Shown piece by piece: positions 40,788-52,619 of a stretch of DNA of 64,000 bases (the first letter of the stretch is position 1; every line of letters starts with the position of its first letter). This DNA is from Camelus ferus (lineage: Eukaryota): positions 88,786,001-88,850,000 of the forward strand of contig NC_045696.1 in NCBI RefSeq assembly GCF_009834535.1. Direction: 5' to 3'. The notes below the pieces were generated by a model. That model saw nothing but the letters and a program-made list of their open reading frames with translations. It had not been told where the DNA came from and ran no database searches. A program made the position numbers and the translations under genes.

Positions 40788-41297
40788 TTACAGGGGAAGA
40801 AAATGTTTTCCTCGACCCTCTTAGAGTCCCTGGCTGGGTATGAAAGTCAAACTAACAAAGACAGATTAACAGCAGAAAAGCATACAAATTTACTTAATGT
40901 AATTTTTCCATGATACAGGAGCCTTCATAAGGAAATGAAGACCCAAAGAAAGGGTTAATCAGGAGTATTTTTATGCTAAACTAGTGAAGAGTAGATAGTC
41001 ATGGAGAAATATAAGAGATCAGAGAGTCTGAGGTAAGTGTAGTAAATTGGGGCAAACAATTTAGCAGGGCCTGTTCCTTTGGATTCTTCTCTGTCCCTTT
41101 GTCTTCAGAGGTAAGGATGCTCCTTTCCCAGTAGAAGGAGAGCTCCTCTCATACGAGGCTCTTATGACTTGTTTCTGGGAAGAAGTTGGGGAGGGAGTCC
41201 AAAGTGACCTTCTTGCTTCTTCTGTTTTCTCAAACTTCTTCAGCTGAAAAAATCTTCAATATGTCAAGGTTCAGGGTAGCACATCTTGAACCCCATC
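40788..41297 (-). mobile_element. ERV1 solo LTR (MER34-like)
   Basis: Reverse complement begins gatggggttcaagatgtgctaccc, homologous to 38752-39289. Confidence 0.78.
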
Positions 41298-42695
41298 CAG
41301 TACACCACTAAGCAATAGTTATGACTTGCATTTCTGCATGAACACCACCAAGCCCAACTGCCCAGAAGGGGAGTGATCTGACCACATGGTGACTCCTCCT
41401 GAGGCAGGAATGGTGAACCTATGGTGACCCTGCCATCACACCTTGCTTATATCACTTGAGACAGTTTCCATTATGATAACTAATCACAACTTTCCAGCTC
41501 ATCCAAGACACCGAAGGACGTATTCCTCCCTCTCTTCTAATAAAAACTAAATAGCTAAGCAAGAACTGTTGAATGCAGAACACCTCACAGGAATTTGACA
41601 AATATGACATGTTTTCTTCCCTATTGTATTATCATAATCACATAGATTTTGGTTTCCTCAAGTTTGTTAATCCTACCTACTCTGCAAAACAAAGGAAAAA
41701 GCATGTGGTGAAGGAAGAGTGTTCCCCATAACATCCAGCAAGGCTACAATAATGTGAATAAAGAGGAGGGTAAAATTCTAGAAATGTTTCAGAAGTAGAG
41801 TCGATAGTTTGATGTGTGATTAAATAGAGAAGTAAACTGAGGCACAAGTGGAGAATGATGCCCAGGCTTCTGGGTTTTGTAACTGAATAAATGGTGGGGC
41901 TACCAGTGAGATGGAAAATTGGGGAGAAGCAGGTTTGGCTTTTATGTAAAAGAGACTGTAAAGGTGGGATCTGAATTTCATTACTTTACTGTTTTGCATA
42001 TTCTCCTTCCATTCAACAGCTTTTCCACATTCTGAATAATTTTACCTAGCAAACCACCTTAAATTTCAGTTCACTTTCTCTTTTAAAAACCCAGATACCT
42101 CTATCATCTCATTAGGGTTTCTGATCAGCCTAAGATGATCAGTGTTCTCATAATGAGTTCCTATAAATTCCAACCCAAAGAAAATAAATACGGCATTTTA
42201 AGCACCCTATTCAGCCTTGTTGCGGGGGTGGGGGGTGGATGTACAGTTTCCTGTTAGGTCTTTTGATGTACTGAAATAGCTTCAAGGTTGCCCCATGTGC
42301 TTGATTGTGATTGGTACCCTATAAATAATTGTTGAAAAATAAATTTATCTTCTTTCATAACTCATTTGGCTCTAATGGATAAATCTAAGATCTGCTAGAA
42401 ACTCCTTTAATTCATAATCACTTACTAATACCTGGCACATACAGATTTTGATTAAGTATGTAAGGTTTATATTGGTCCATTTCCATAGCCAATGTCACTC
42501 GATTAGTTGCAATGTTATCGATCACAACAACACCAACAACTTAGGACCATGTCACAACTCAGTTTAAAATCTCTGTTGGCTTCCTGCACAGAATAAGATC
42601 CAAACTCCTCAACTTTAAGGCCCTTGATGATATGGCTCCTGCCTGACTTCCAGCTAATCTCATTTATATTCTGTTTCCAAAACATGACCTGAATT

Positions 42696-43192
42696 TATTA
42701 CAGAACCAAACTTGGATCTATTCACCAGCATGCACTAAAGCCAATCTACTAACACCCTGCTGTGGTGAAGGAAAGAGCAGTGTTTATTGTATGGTGCTGT
42801 ACAAGGACTCTGGGACAGCTAATGCTCAAAAAGCCCTAACTTCCTGATGGGTTTCAGCAAAGCATTTTGAAAGGAAAGGTGAGGAAGTGAGGGTCACGGG
42901 GTATGTGATCAGCTCATGCACAATCCTCTGATTGGCTGATGGTGAGGTAACAGGGCAGGGTCACAGGGGTTAACATTATCAATCCTTAGGCTCCAGGAGG
43001 CCTGGGGGCTCTGCGCTCATGGTCATCAAGCAGTTAACATCTTCCAATTGGTGTGAGTTTTCACATCTGTAAAACAACCCAGGAAATGTGTATCAGATAC
43101 TATTATCTGGGTACTTCAGAGAGGGGCTGGAGCAGGGGATACGGGGAAGGAGTCTGTCCCGGGACAGCCCCATAGGGTCCTGCTCCGTTACA
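42696..43192 (-). mobile_element. Solo LTR (MER21-like) inserted in an L2
   Basis: tattacagaaccaaac...gtcctgctccgttaca with 4-bp TSD aatt (42692-42695, 43193-43196). Confidence 0.8.
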
Positions 43193-43724
43193 AATTTACA
43201 CCCTTGCTTAAAGTGCCAGTTTCTCTCCTTTTCACCCAGTCATATTCTCACTCTACTCATATTGGAAGACAAAACTCAAATGTCACCTCTACCAGGTTTT
43301 ATTTGAAATTCTCCAGCATCCAACATAGAGTCCGCCAAAGATACATACATACAAAAAAAAAAAAAAAAAAAAAAGCTACATAAGTGAGTTTTTAAAAGTT
43401 TCATTCCAAGTATCTTAAATTGAATTTAAATTGAATTATCAAACCGAAATTCTTTTACTTGATTGCAATTGATATAAATAATTAAAAAACAAAAAACTGC
43501 TAGCATCCTTGAAAAGAAAATCTTTGATAACATCCTTTGGTTATCAAGAACAGAAAGTATTTTTTACATCATTTTTCTTTAATCCAAAGTATTTTTCATA
43601 TAACATAACCAGAGACATTTTGTAAACATCTCATGAAACCCTTATTTTAAATAATGAGACTTTTGTTATGACAATTAACCACTTAAGTGATAAAGCCCCA
43701 ACCAGGAGATGAATAACAAGCTGA

Positions 43725-44450
43725 ACTCATTAAGTGTTCTAATAGCTGAGAAAATACAGCAGTAAACAGTGTAGATAAGGGCTTTTCTCACTGAACATCC
43801 TTTCATTTTAATTGGGGGTGAGGATATGGACAATAAACAAGTGAGCTTGTGTCATGAACCAAAGTTATGACGGCTCTGTGGAGATTTAAAATCTTAAATA
43901 GGATGATTGAGTGGCCACTTTAGAATAGAAGGTCATCGAAGACCTCTCTGAATAGACAATTCTCAAACTGAGAGCTGAAGATTAAAAAAAAAAAAAAAAA
44001 AAAGCAACAATGCAAAATTTAGGGGAAAGAGCATTCCAACCAGAGGGCCCTGAAGCATACCAGGAAGACAGAAACTGGTAGTTGAGGTAGGTGAAGAGGA
44101 ACACGTAGACCATGCAGTTTTTGTTTTTATCATGCAGTTCTTTACAAGCAAGCAAAGGGAGTGAGGATTTAAATCTCTGAGCAGAGAAGAAGCCATTGGT
44201 AGATTTTAACAAAGGGAGCAACATAATCTAGATTATACTTTTTGTTTGACCTTTTAAAAGATCCCTTTGGAAGCGTGTAGAAAATGGACTGGAGAAGGTA
44301 TGAGGCCAGTTGGAAGGCAGTAGGCCTATCCACAGATGATTTCGGCTCAGAGTAAAATGGTGTTTGTGAAAATGGAGAAATGAATCCAGTTTTGGAAGTT
44401 GAGTCAATGAACTTGCTGATCGATTGGATGGAGGGGAAGTAAGGGTGTAA
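43725..44450 (-). mobile_element. L2 fragment
   Basis: Purine-rich antisense L2 (agagcattccaaccagaggg, gaagccattggtagattttaac). Confidence 0.75.
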
Positions 44451-44849
44451 ATTCATTTCAAAATACTTTAGACTACGTATCTTTGGATTCTTTGGAACCT
44501 GTGCATGTTCCTTTATAAGGAGTTAAACTCTTCGACACGTTTTCATTTTATATTTGTATATCTGCATGCATATTTGTGGGCTTTAACCTTTTAAAAGTAA
44601 TCTTTTATAAATAATCTTTAGCATACGAAATGAGCTGAAGAGTCAATTGGAAACGAGAAGAGGCAACACATGTATATAACCCCTTAAAGAAGTTTTGATA
44701 AGAGGTCTTGCTTACCCCCCTAGAGAGGCAGCACCTACATTGCTCTAAGGAACTACCCAATTCCTACTGTGTGTCTCAGCGCAACTATCAGACCAGACTG
44801 CTCCTTGGTCCAGGTACGTCCCTTTAAGGAGGCCAAAGCCATCATTCAT

Positions 44850-45210
44850 TACAAACTGATGTCACGCCGACTCCACGCAAGCCCCACCGCCTGTACCTCT
44901 CGCACACTGGCTTCCAAGATCCTTGGCGGGGAGAGCCACCCTTGAGCTAACACCCGCGCCAGAGGAGTCCGGGAATAGTTCGACGTCAGTCTGCCGCGCC
45001 GGCCGGGGGCGGGGCCTGGCTTTGCTTCGGCTCCCGGGCGGCTGCAGGTGTGTGGCGGAGGAGTGGCGTGACGTCATCAAACTGCGCGGGCCAGGCGTCA
45101 GGCTCAGTTCCCGCCCCAACTTTGGTTCCTGGGGGCAGGTGAGAGGGGAAGTGTGGGCGGTGTGTTGGTTGTATGCGGGCCGCTTTGGGTTGCCTCGGTC
45201 TTCTTCCGAC
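44850..45210. promoter_or_regulatory. Small orphan CpG island / promoter
   Basis: Densest CpG stretch in the window. Full CRE TGACGTCA 45069-45076, CRE variants 44857-44864 and 44981-44988, half-CRE 45096-45100, GC boxes 45006-45015 and 45110-45117, Inr-like TCAGTCT 44986 and TCAGTTC 45104. Confidence 0.75.
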
Positions 45211-45224
45211 TCTCTGGCCCTTCT

Positions 45225-45370
45225 GTCACCCCTGAATCCTTACAACTATCGGTGTAAGTAGTAGTCACCTTTTAAAATGGAAGGACCCAAGGCTCGGAGA
45301 GGTGAAGTAACTTGCACAAGATTACGCAGCAGAGTTGGATTCTCGGTAGACTGATAGTTCTCTTCACTAT
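45225..45370 (-). mobile_element. MIR fragment adjoining the CpG island
   Basis: aaggctcggagaggtgaagtaacttgcacaagattac. Confidence 0.65.
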
Positions 45371-46825
45371 AAAAGGAACATAATCATAGCTTGCTTATAA
45401 AATGCTTTGAGGGGGTGCATGTAAAGCGCCTTACATGCTCCTTACCAATGGCGGGTCTATCCATCCACTCCAGAGCAAGGACCAATTCCGCTTTCTAACT
45501 GGGGCTTCCTCACCTCGACACAAAGGACAGAGTATACTGAGCAAAAGGCTTGAGGCCCACCATACCCAGCAAACGATGCAGTCAAAATATAGGTATCTCA
45601 GCTGCACTCTACCAGTCTAAATGTGCACCTTCTCATCTCATTTTTTTTAATTGGCATTACTGTTTATACACTGATCCGGGGTGAAAATCTAGCATTCATA
45701 CTGCTCTTTCACACCCTGCACCGCTGATTACTCACTGACTCCTGTCACTTGTTCCTTCCCTGTTCTCTATTTCTACTAGATAAGACTTCATCAAATGACC
45801 TCTTACTCTCTCGAATTGATTCATTTGTTCAATTAAGAAGTATTAATCATTGATAAAAATTAATCATCACCAAACACAATTTTACCACTCCTCAGCTCAT
45901 AGTGGGATTATACTTCTTGGTCCAGATCAATGATGTGTGAGTGGATGTGACCCATGTCACTCTTAGAGACATCATTTAATGCTGATCTGCGGTGCTCCAG
46001 AACTCTTTTCCCTCTCTCTTGCCCCACAGCAGGCAACATTTGAAATTATGGTAGCTTCATCAGCCTATAACTCTGAATGGTTCAGATGAGCAAGGGTCCA
46101 TGTTGACTCATGATAAACATATAGCATGGGAAAGAGATAAACATCTTTTGTTGTAAGGCACCGAGACTCTTGGTGGCATTGGTCACCACAATGTAACTTA
46201 ACCTATTCTGATTGACACAAGGGTGTATGGTAGTGAGCAAAAACAAATTTGGTCTCTGTTTTAGTGAAGATTATAAGAGATATCTCTATAAAATATAAGT
46301 TGACACTGTCCTATTCTCTGCTTTAAAATTTTGTTTTAAAATATCTTCCCATTGCTTGAAGGATAAAGTTCAAACTCTTAGCCAAGTATTCTAGACCCTT
46401 TACCACTTGACCCAGAATAGCACTTCTGTCCCCCTTTCCCATCTATTTTATGGTCCAGCCAAACTGTACTGCTGGCTAGTTACTGCCTTAATCCTTATGC
46501 TTTCAAACCGCTGCCTGACCCTTCACCCATGCCATACATGCTATACCTTCAAACTGGGATGCCCTCTGTCCATGTTTACATATCCTGGTTTACTCCCAAG
46601 TGCTCACTAATTACCTTATGCCAACCCCTACTAACCCTTTTAGAACACTGATAACAATATTAATTACGTGTTTCAGTGACTGTCTTCCTCTGGAGCTGTA
46701 AACTTCTTGGGAAGGTCATCTTACTCATGATTGCGTCAGACATAGATAAGGACTTATATATTTGTTAAATAAATGGATAGCTCGTTGGATCCTTCCAAGC
46801 TCACTAGAGTTGCTATCAATTCCAT

Positions 46826-47276
46826 GTATTCGTTTCCTTTCTTGCTGTAACAAATTGCCATACAATTAGTGGCTTAAAAGAATACAGATTTATTACCTTA
46901 CAGTTCTGTGGGTGTTGGCAGGTCTGTATTCCTTTCTGGAGGCTCTAGGGGAGAATCTATTTCATTGCTTTTTCTAGCCACTAGAGGCTGCCCACATTCC
47001 TTGGCTTGTGATCCACTTATCCCGTGTTCAAAGCCAGCAATGTTGTATCTCTGAGCATTTTTCCATAGTCATATCCTCTATGAAATGAGTCAGGAAAGTT
47101 CCTCCAATTGTAAGGATCCATGTAATTAGATTAGGCTCACCTGGATAGTCCAGGATAATCTCCCCATCACAACATAATTTAAACATGTTTTCCTTTTGCC
47201 ATGTAAGGTAACATATTCACAGATCAAGGGATTAGAACAAGGATATCTTTGGGGGGAGCATTATTCTGTCTACACA
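46826..47276 (-). mobile_element. MaLR solo LTR (MLT1C-like)
   Basis: tgtattcgtttcctttcttgctgtaacaaattgcc...ttctggaggctctaggggagaatc...ggagcattattctgtctacaca. Confidence 0.85.
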
Positions 47277-47374
47277 TTTCTGAATCTTTCCCTGCTTCCC
47301 TCTCTATTTTGATATTTACCCTTCAACATCAGACAAATGAAATCTTCCCTAAGTAGCATCAGGAATCTCCCTGA

Positions 47375-47480
47375 AGTGGGGTAACCAAATATGGTCCAAA
47401 CTGAGACACTTTTGAGAGTGAAAGGGAGTACCATTAACATTTACATCAGGTCAACAGGTGTGCACTGGTCTGACTAGACA
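47375..47480. mobile_element. MER81-like hAT MITE
   Basis: gtccaaactgagacacttttgagagtgaaagggag. Confidence 0.65.
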
Positions 47481-48129
47481 TGGCAGAATGAAATGAATGT
47501 GTGACCTGTGGAGATCCTCCCTGAATTGGAGCGGTATTATTATAGACTCTACCCTTCAGCCTAGTCTCTTAGAAATCTAGATGTTAGGAAGCTTTACTTT
47601 CCTCAGAAAATCCATGTTTTAAACTGGAGATGGGACACTTTATCTGGTTCAGAAGGCTAAATAAAGCTTTTTCCCCCACAACCTTGACAATATAAATAAC
47701 ATAAATAACAATATTTCTGTTAGGGACATAAGACTTTAGTCTATGATTTATATTACATATATATCAAATGTATTTGCAAATGTGCAAATATATATCAAAC
47801 TCACAACTTGACATATGTCTTTCAATTTTGTTTCTGATGAAGCCTCTTTTAGCGGGTAGTTCCAATATACCTTGTAGCCACATGACAAAAGACAAAAAGA
47901 ATTCAAGGTCAGGAAACTGAAGATCTGCTCTTAATGGACTTATAAATGGTGATTTTCAGCTTTGGGGAGAAAGGAAAAAACATGGTAAAGTAACGCTCCC
48001 ACAGCCTTTCCTTTATCTGATCCAGATTTTCCATTTCAAAGTCTGTTAATCCTAGATCACAGAGTCAGAAGATATTTCAGGAAACCATCTTGTGTTGTAC
48101 TAAAATTATTTTTATAATAACTCAAATTA

Positions 48130-49330
48130 CTTTACAGCTGTAAAATAGTGGCTTTCCAATTCTATCATGCCCTTGACATTTTTCTGTACAAAAGAGCTTC
48201 CCCCAAACCATACCTTTTCTTTCTTGTCTTCTTATATTTTTAATAAATATCACTACAGACTTAACAATTTTTTTTATTTATTCGATGTTATAATCCATTA
48301 TCATCTGTCTTCTTTTTTGATGCTCAAATTGTCTTAGATATGGCCAATGGGAGTCCCTTTAAGCCACTACTATTACATTTTGACCTATCTCCATCAGCCT
48401 TTGAGTGCTTTCTTACTCCCTGGCATAAGATATTTCAGGCTCACCTGTACTTTACTTCCCTCAAATCTGAACTTTCATTTCTCCAGGGAGCTCTGGTTCC
48501 TTCTAGTGAGGTAAGATATTTAGAAACCAAGAGCTACTGGGGTGTCATTGCCTTTTAGTTTCCTTTTGGCATGTCCCCCTTTTCATTCTTTTGCTTTGCT
48601 GAGTAGTATTTCACTCTAATATACCTTTTTTAAAAAAACAAAAACAAAAACAAACCAGTCTCCCTATAAAAGAACATTCAGGTTATTTCCAGTATTTTTC
48701 TATTACAAATAATGCCACAGTCAATAACCTTCCACATATGTTGTTTCAGATCTGTGGTTGTATATCTTCAGAGGAAGTTACTACAAGATTAAAAATTCCT
48801 GCTAGATTAAAAGGTAAGTGCAAATGAGGCTTTGCTAGATAATGCCAGATTCTCTACAGAAATCATCCTTTTTTTGTATTTCCACTAGCATTGGAAGAGA
48901 TTATCCATTTTCCCACAGTTTCACCAACAGAAATACAAAATATGTTGTCAAACTTTGAGATTTTTGCAAACATAATAGGTGAGAGATGATATCAAATTGT
49001 AGTGATAATTTGCATTTCTCTAATAGTGAAGCTGAAGAATTTTTCATTTGTTTAAGGATCATTTAAATATCATTTATTGTTAACTATGTGCATGTCTTTT
49101 GTACATTTTTCTATAGAGTTGGTTCTTTTTTCTTTTTGAATTTTAAGTGTTCTCTTATATTAGGAACATATGATGTTTATCTGTGATACATATTGCAAAT
49201 ATTAACTCCCAGTTTGATAATTGTCTTTTGACTTTGTTTATGATATTTGCCATAATTTTCATTTTTACATAGTTGAATTTATCAATATTATCTTTTATTA
49301 GGTCTGGATTGTGAGTCATAGTAAAAACTG
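48130..49330 (-). mobile_element. Old L1 (L1MC/ME) 3' fragments
   Basis: tttctccagggagctctggttcct and taatttgcatttctctaata. ORF 49155-49346 resembles degenerate ORF2. Confidence 0.7.
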
Positions 49331-51189
49331 CTATAAATTTAGGCATTAATTTTTGCTGTTATAAGTGATTTGAAATCTACAGATTTACTTATTTTGATGT
49401 CTTCAATACATAAGGTTGTAGTCATCAGTCCTCTAATGACTAGAAGTTTTTACATCTCTTTTTTCCTTATTTTTAAAGAATTTGTTTAGAATAACCTGAT
49501 TTTGACCTTTTTAGAAGGCAAATTGACAGTATATACTGAGGCATAAAACTCTGCAGTCTTGAAATACTGTTCTAGGGAGGAAATCTTAAACCCAGCACCT
49601 GATACAGTGGCCAATATTTATTAGGTATTCAGACAATAGTTGCACAATAGAGGAATAAATATGAGGGAGGGGGAAATACACATGGCAGTGTTTGTTGTTG
49701 AATTATTTACATGGAAAATTGGCTGCAACCTAAAAAGCCAATAGTGGAGAAATGACTAAATAAACTATGGTATATTTACTTCATTGAAAATGATGTAACA
49801 CTGAAAAATGATTGGTCTGAAAGATGTATAATAATATGGTAAAGATATATAACATATTGATGAAATGATAGATGAAAAAAGCAAATCACCAAATTATTAA
49901 AAAAGAGCTATTGAATATATACACACGGAAGAAAAATAAAGACTAAAAGAAAATGTAGCAAAATGCTAACAGAGAGTTGTAAGTTCCTTTTTTCCAGTCT
50001 TTCTGTTTCTGATGAAAAACTAAAAAAATTTAAATTTTCATTCTCTGCTCCCTGGCTGTTCTTAGACTCTGAGTGCAGTGATGGGGAGATCATTGGAAAT
50101 TGTGAAGTAGCCCTTAAAAGAGAATTACACAAATGTACAGTGTAGAATTTTCACCCAACAACTGACAGTAGGAGCTTAATTATATACGAAAGACCACTCT
50201 AAATGCTTTTCACAATTTTGGGTGGCTGGATGGCTTTGAGTCTCAGATCTCTTCTCTATAAATGAGGATAATAATGGTATTATTCTATAGAGTTAATGCC
50301 AGGATGAAATGAGATAATACGTATCAGTGCTTAGAACAGAACCTGACCTACAATGAGTACACATGTTAACTGTTCTGTTCCTTGGTTTCTGGGTTTTTTC
50401 TTTAATTATAAAAACTTGGTTATAATGCCTCCATGTGTCTGTACATTGCAGTATTTCTGGTCATTAAAGGGATTTTTTTTTTATTACTTTAGATCAATGC
50501 TTTTGAAATGACAATTCTAGGGCCATGCATTGTCCACTCAGGTCTTATACAGGCTCTGAAGGTTAAACAGCTCTTTTGAAATAATGTTTTTTCCCATGAA
50601 TATAAAAACAACAGGCTCACTAAAATTTGAAAAATACTGAGATCTATAAGAAGTTATAATTGTCTATAGTGTAACCGCCCAAACATTTTGTTGCGTTTTA
50701 GATTTCCTATGTAAATATATACACTTTATTTTTACAAATTTGGGCCAGTGTATTTTTGACACAAGATTAAGTTTTAGTATAAATGTGAAGTATATCTTTT
50801 ACTTTAAAACAAGAACAAAAAGGTAAGTATGTAGGTAATGGAGGTTATCCCATGGAAAACACAGGATCATATCTTGTCACCAGTCTGTAGTGTTTCCCAT
50901 TAACAGACAACTACAGTAGGTACATTGAACTAGAATGGAAAAATGCCTTAAAAATACTTTAAAGTGAAAGACAATCCAACTTGATTTAGAAATACAATGC
51001 CACATGTATAACTTGAAGAGGGATGTAAGAGAATCAGTTTGTTGTACTAAGGAGGTTTTCCTCTTTTTTAATATAATAATGAGTTGGTAACAAATCTGTA
51101 TTTTAAAATTATTTATACTCTGTAAATAAAATGTGACATTTTGTGTAAGAAATAGGGGAAAATAGAATGTAGTTTTTTAAAAAAAGAAG

Positions 51190-52618
51190 TTTTTTTAAAA
51201 AATTGAAGTATAGTTGATTTACAAAGTTGTGTTAGTTTCTGGTGTACAGCAAAGTGATTCAGTTATACATACATATATATATATATATGTATTCTTTTTC
51301 GGATTCTTTTCCATTATAGGTTATTACGAGATATTAAATATAGTTCCCTGTGCTATACAGTAGGACCTTGTTGTTTAACTACTTTATATATAGTAATATG
51401 TATCTGTTAATCCCAAGCTCCTAATGTATTCCTCCTACCCCTATATCCCCTTCAGTAACCATAAGTTTTGTTTGTGAATTTGTTTCTGTTTTATAAATAA
51501 GTTTATGTATAATTTTTTAAGATTCCACATATATGTGATATCATATGATATTTATCTTTCTCTGTCTGGCTTACTTCACTTAGTATGATAATCCCTAGGT
51601 CCATCCATGTTGCTGCAAATTGCATTATTTCATTCTTTTTTATGGCCGAGTAGTATTCCATTGTATAAATATACCACATCTTCTTTATCCAGTCATCTGT
51701 TGATTGACACTTAGACTGCTTCCATGTCTTGGATATTGTAAATAGTGTCACTATGAACATTGGGGTGCAGGTATCTTTTTGAATTAGAGTTTTTATCTTT
51801 TCTGGTTATATGCCCAGGAGTGGGATTGCTTGATCACATGGTAACTCTATTTTTAGTTTTTTAAGAAACCTTCATACTGTTCTCCATAGTGGTTGCACCA
51901 ATTTAAATTCCCACTAACAGTGTAGGAGGGTTCCCTTTTCTCCACACTCTCTCCAGCATTCATTATTTGTAGACTTTTTGGTGATGGCCATTCTGACTGG
52001 TGTGAGGTGTTCCTTATTGTAGTTTAGATTTGCATTTCTCTAATAATTACCGATGTTGAGCATCTTTTCATGTGCCTGTTGGCCATATGTATTTCTTCTT
52101 TGGAGAAATGTCTCTTTAGCTCTTCTGCCCATTTTTTGACTGGGTTGTTTGCATTTTTTTTTTTTTAATATTGAGCTGTATGAACTATTTGTATATTTTG
52201 GAAATTAATCCCTTGTTGGCTGCGTCATTTGAAAATACTCTTCCCATTCTGTAGGTTGTCTTTTCATTTTATTTGTGGTTTCCTTTTCTGTTCAAAGGCT
52301 TATAAGTTTAATTAGATCCCATTTGTTTATTTTTGCTTTTATTTCTATTGCCTGGGTAGACTGCCCTAGGAGAACATTGCTACAATTTATATCATAGAAT
52401 GTTTTGCCTATGTTCTCTTCTAGGAGGTTTATGGTGTCTTGTCTTATGTTTAAGTCTGTAAGCCATTTTGAGTTTAATTTTGTGTATGGTGTGAGGGAGT
52501 ATTCTAATTTCAGTGATTTATATGTGGCTTTCCAACTTTCCCAGGACAACTTGCTGAAGAAACTGTCTTTCCTCCATTGTATATTCTTGCTTCCTTTGTT
52601 GAAGATTAATTGACCATA
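51190..52618 (-). mobile_element. Cetartiodactyl-type L1, ORF2 C-terminus and 3' UTR
   Basis: ORF2 peptides LTPYTKLNSKWLTDLNIR...INKWDLIKL (52292-52549) and WIKKMWYIYTMEYYSAIKKNE (51503-51760). Confidence 0.95.
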
Positions 52619-52619
52619 T

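Noticed and set aside
44923..45261. 112-aa ORF (and opposite 85-aa ORF) over the CpG island
   Set aside because: Starts at TTG, has no recognisable domain, ends in a MIR, and stop scarcity is explained by GC content.
50702..50822. Possible plus-strand exon (tttag| ... aag|gtaagt) with one open frame
   Set aside because: The donor is strong, but the peptide is unrecognisable, the left part resembles an old L1 remnant, and such a frame is plausible by chance. Kept only as a target for RNA-seq.
51503..52549. ORFs with L1 ORF2 similarity (also 21845-22416, 9800-9982, 56922-57152)
   Set aside because: Fragments of truncated, disrupted L1 copies, neither host genes nor active elements.
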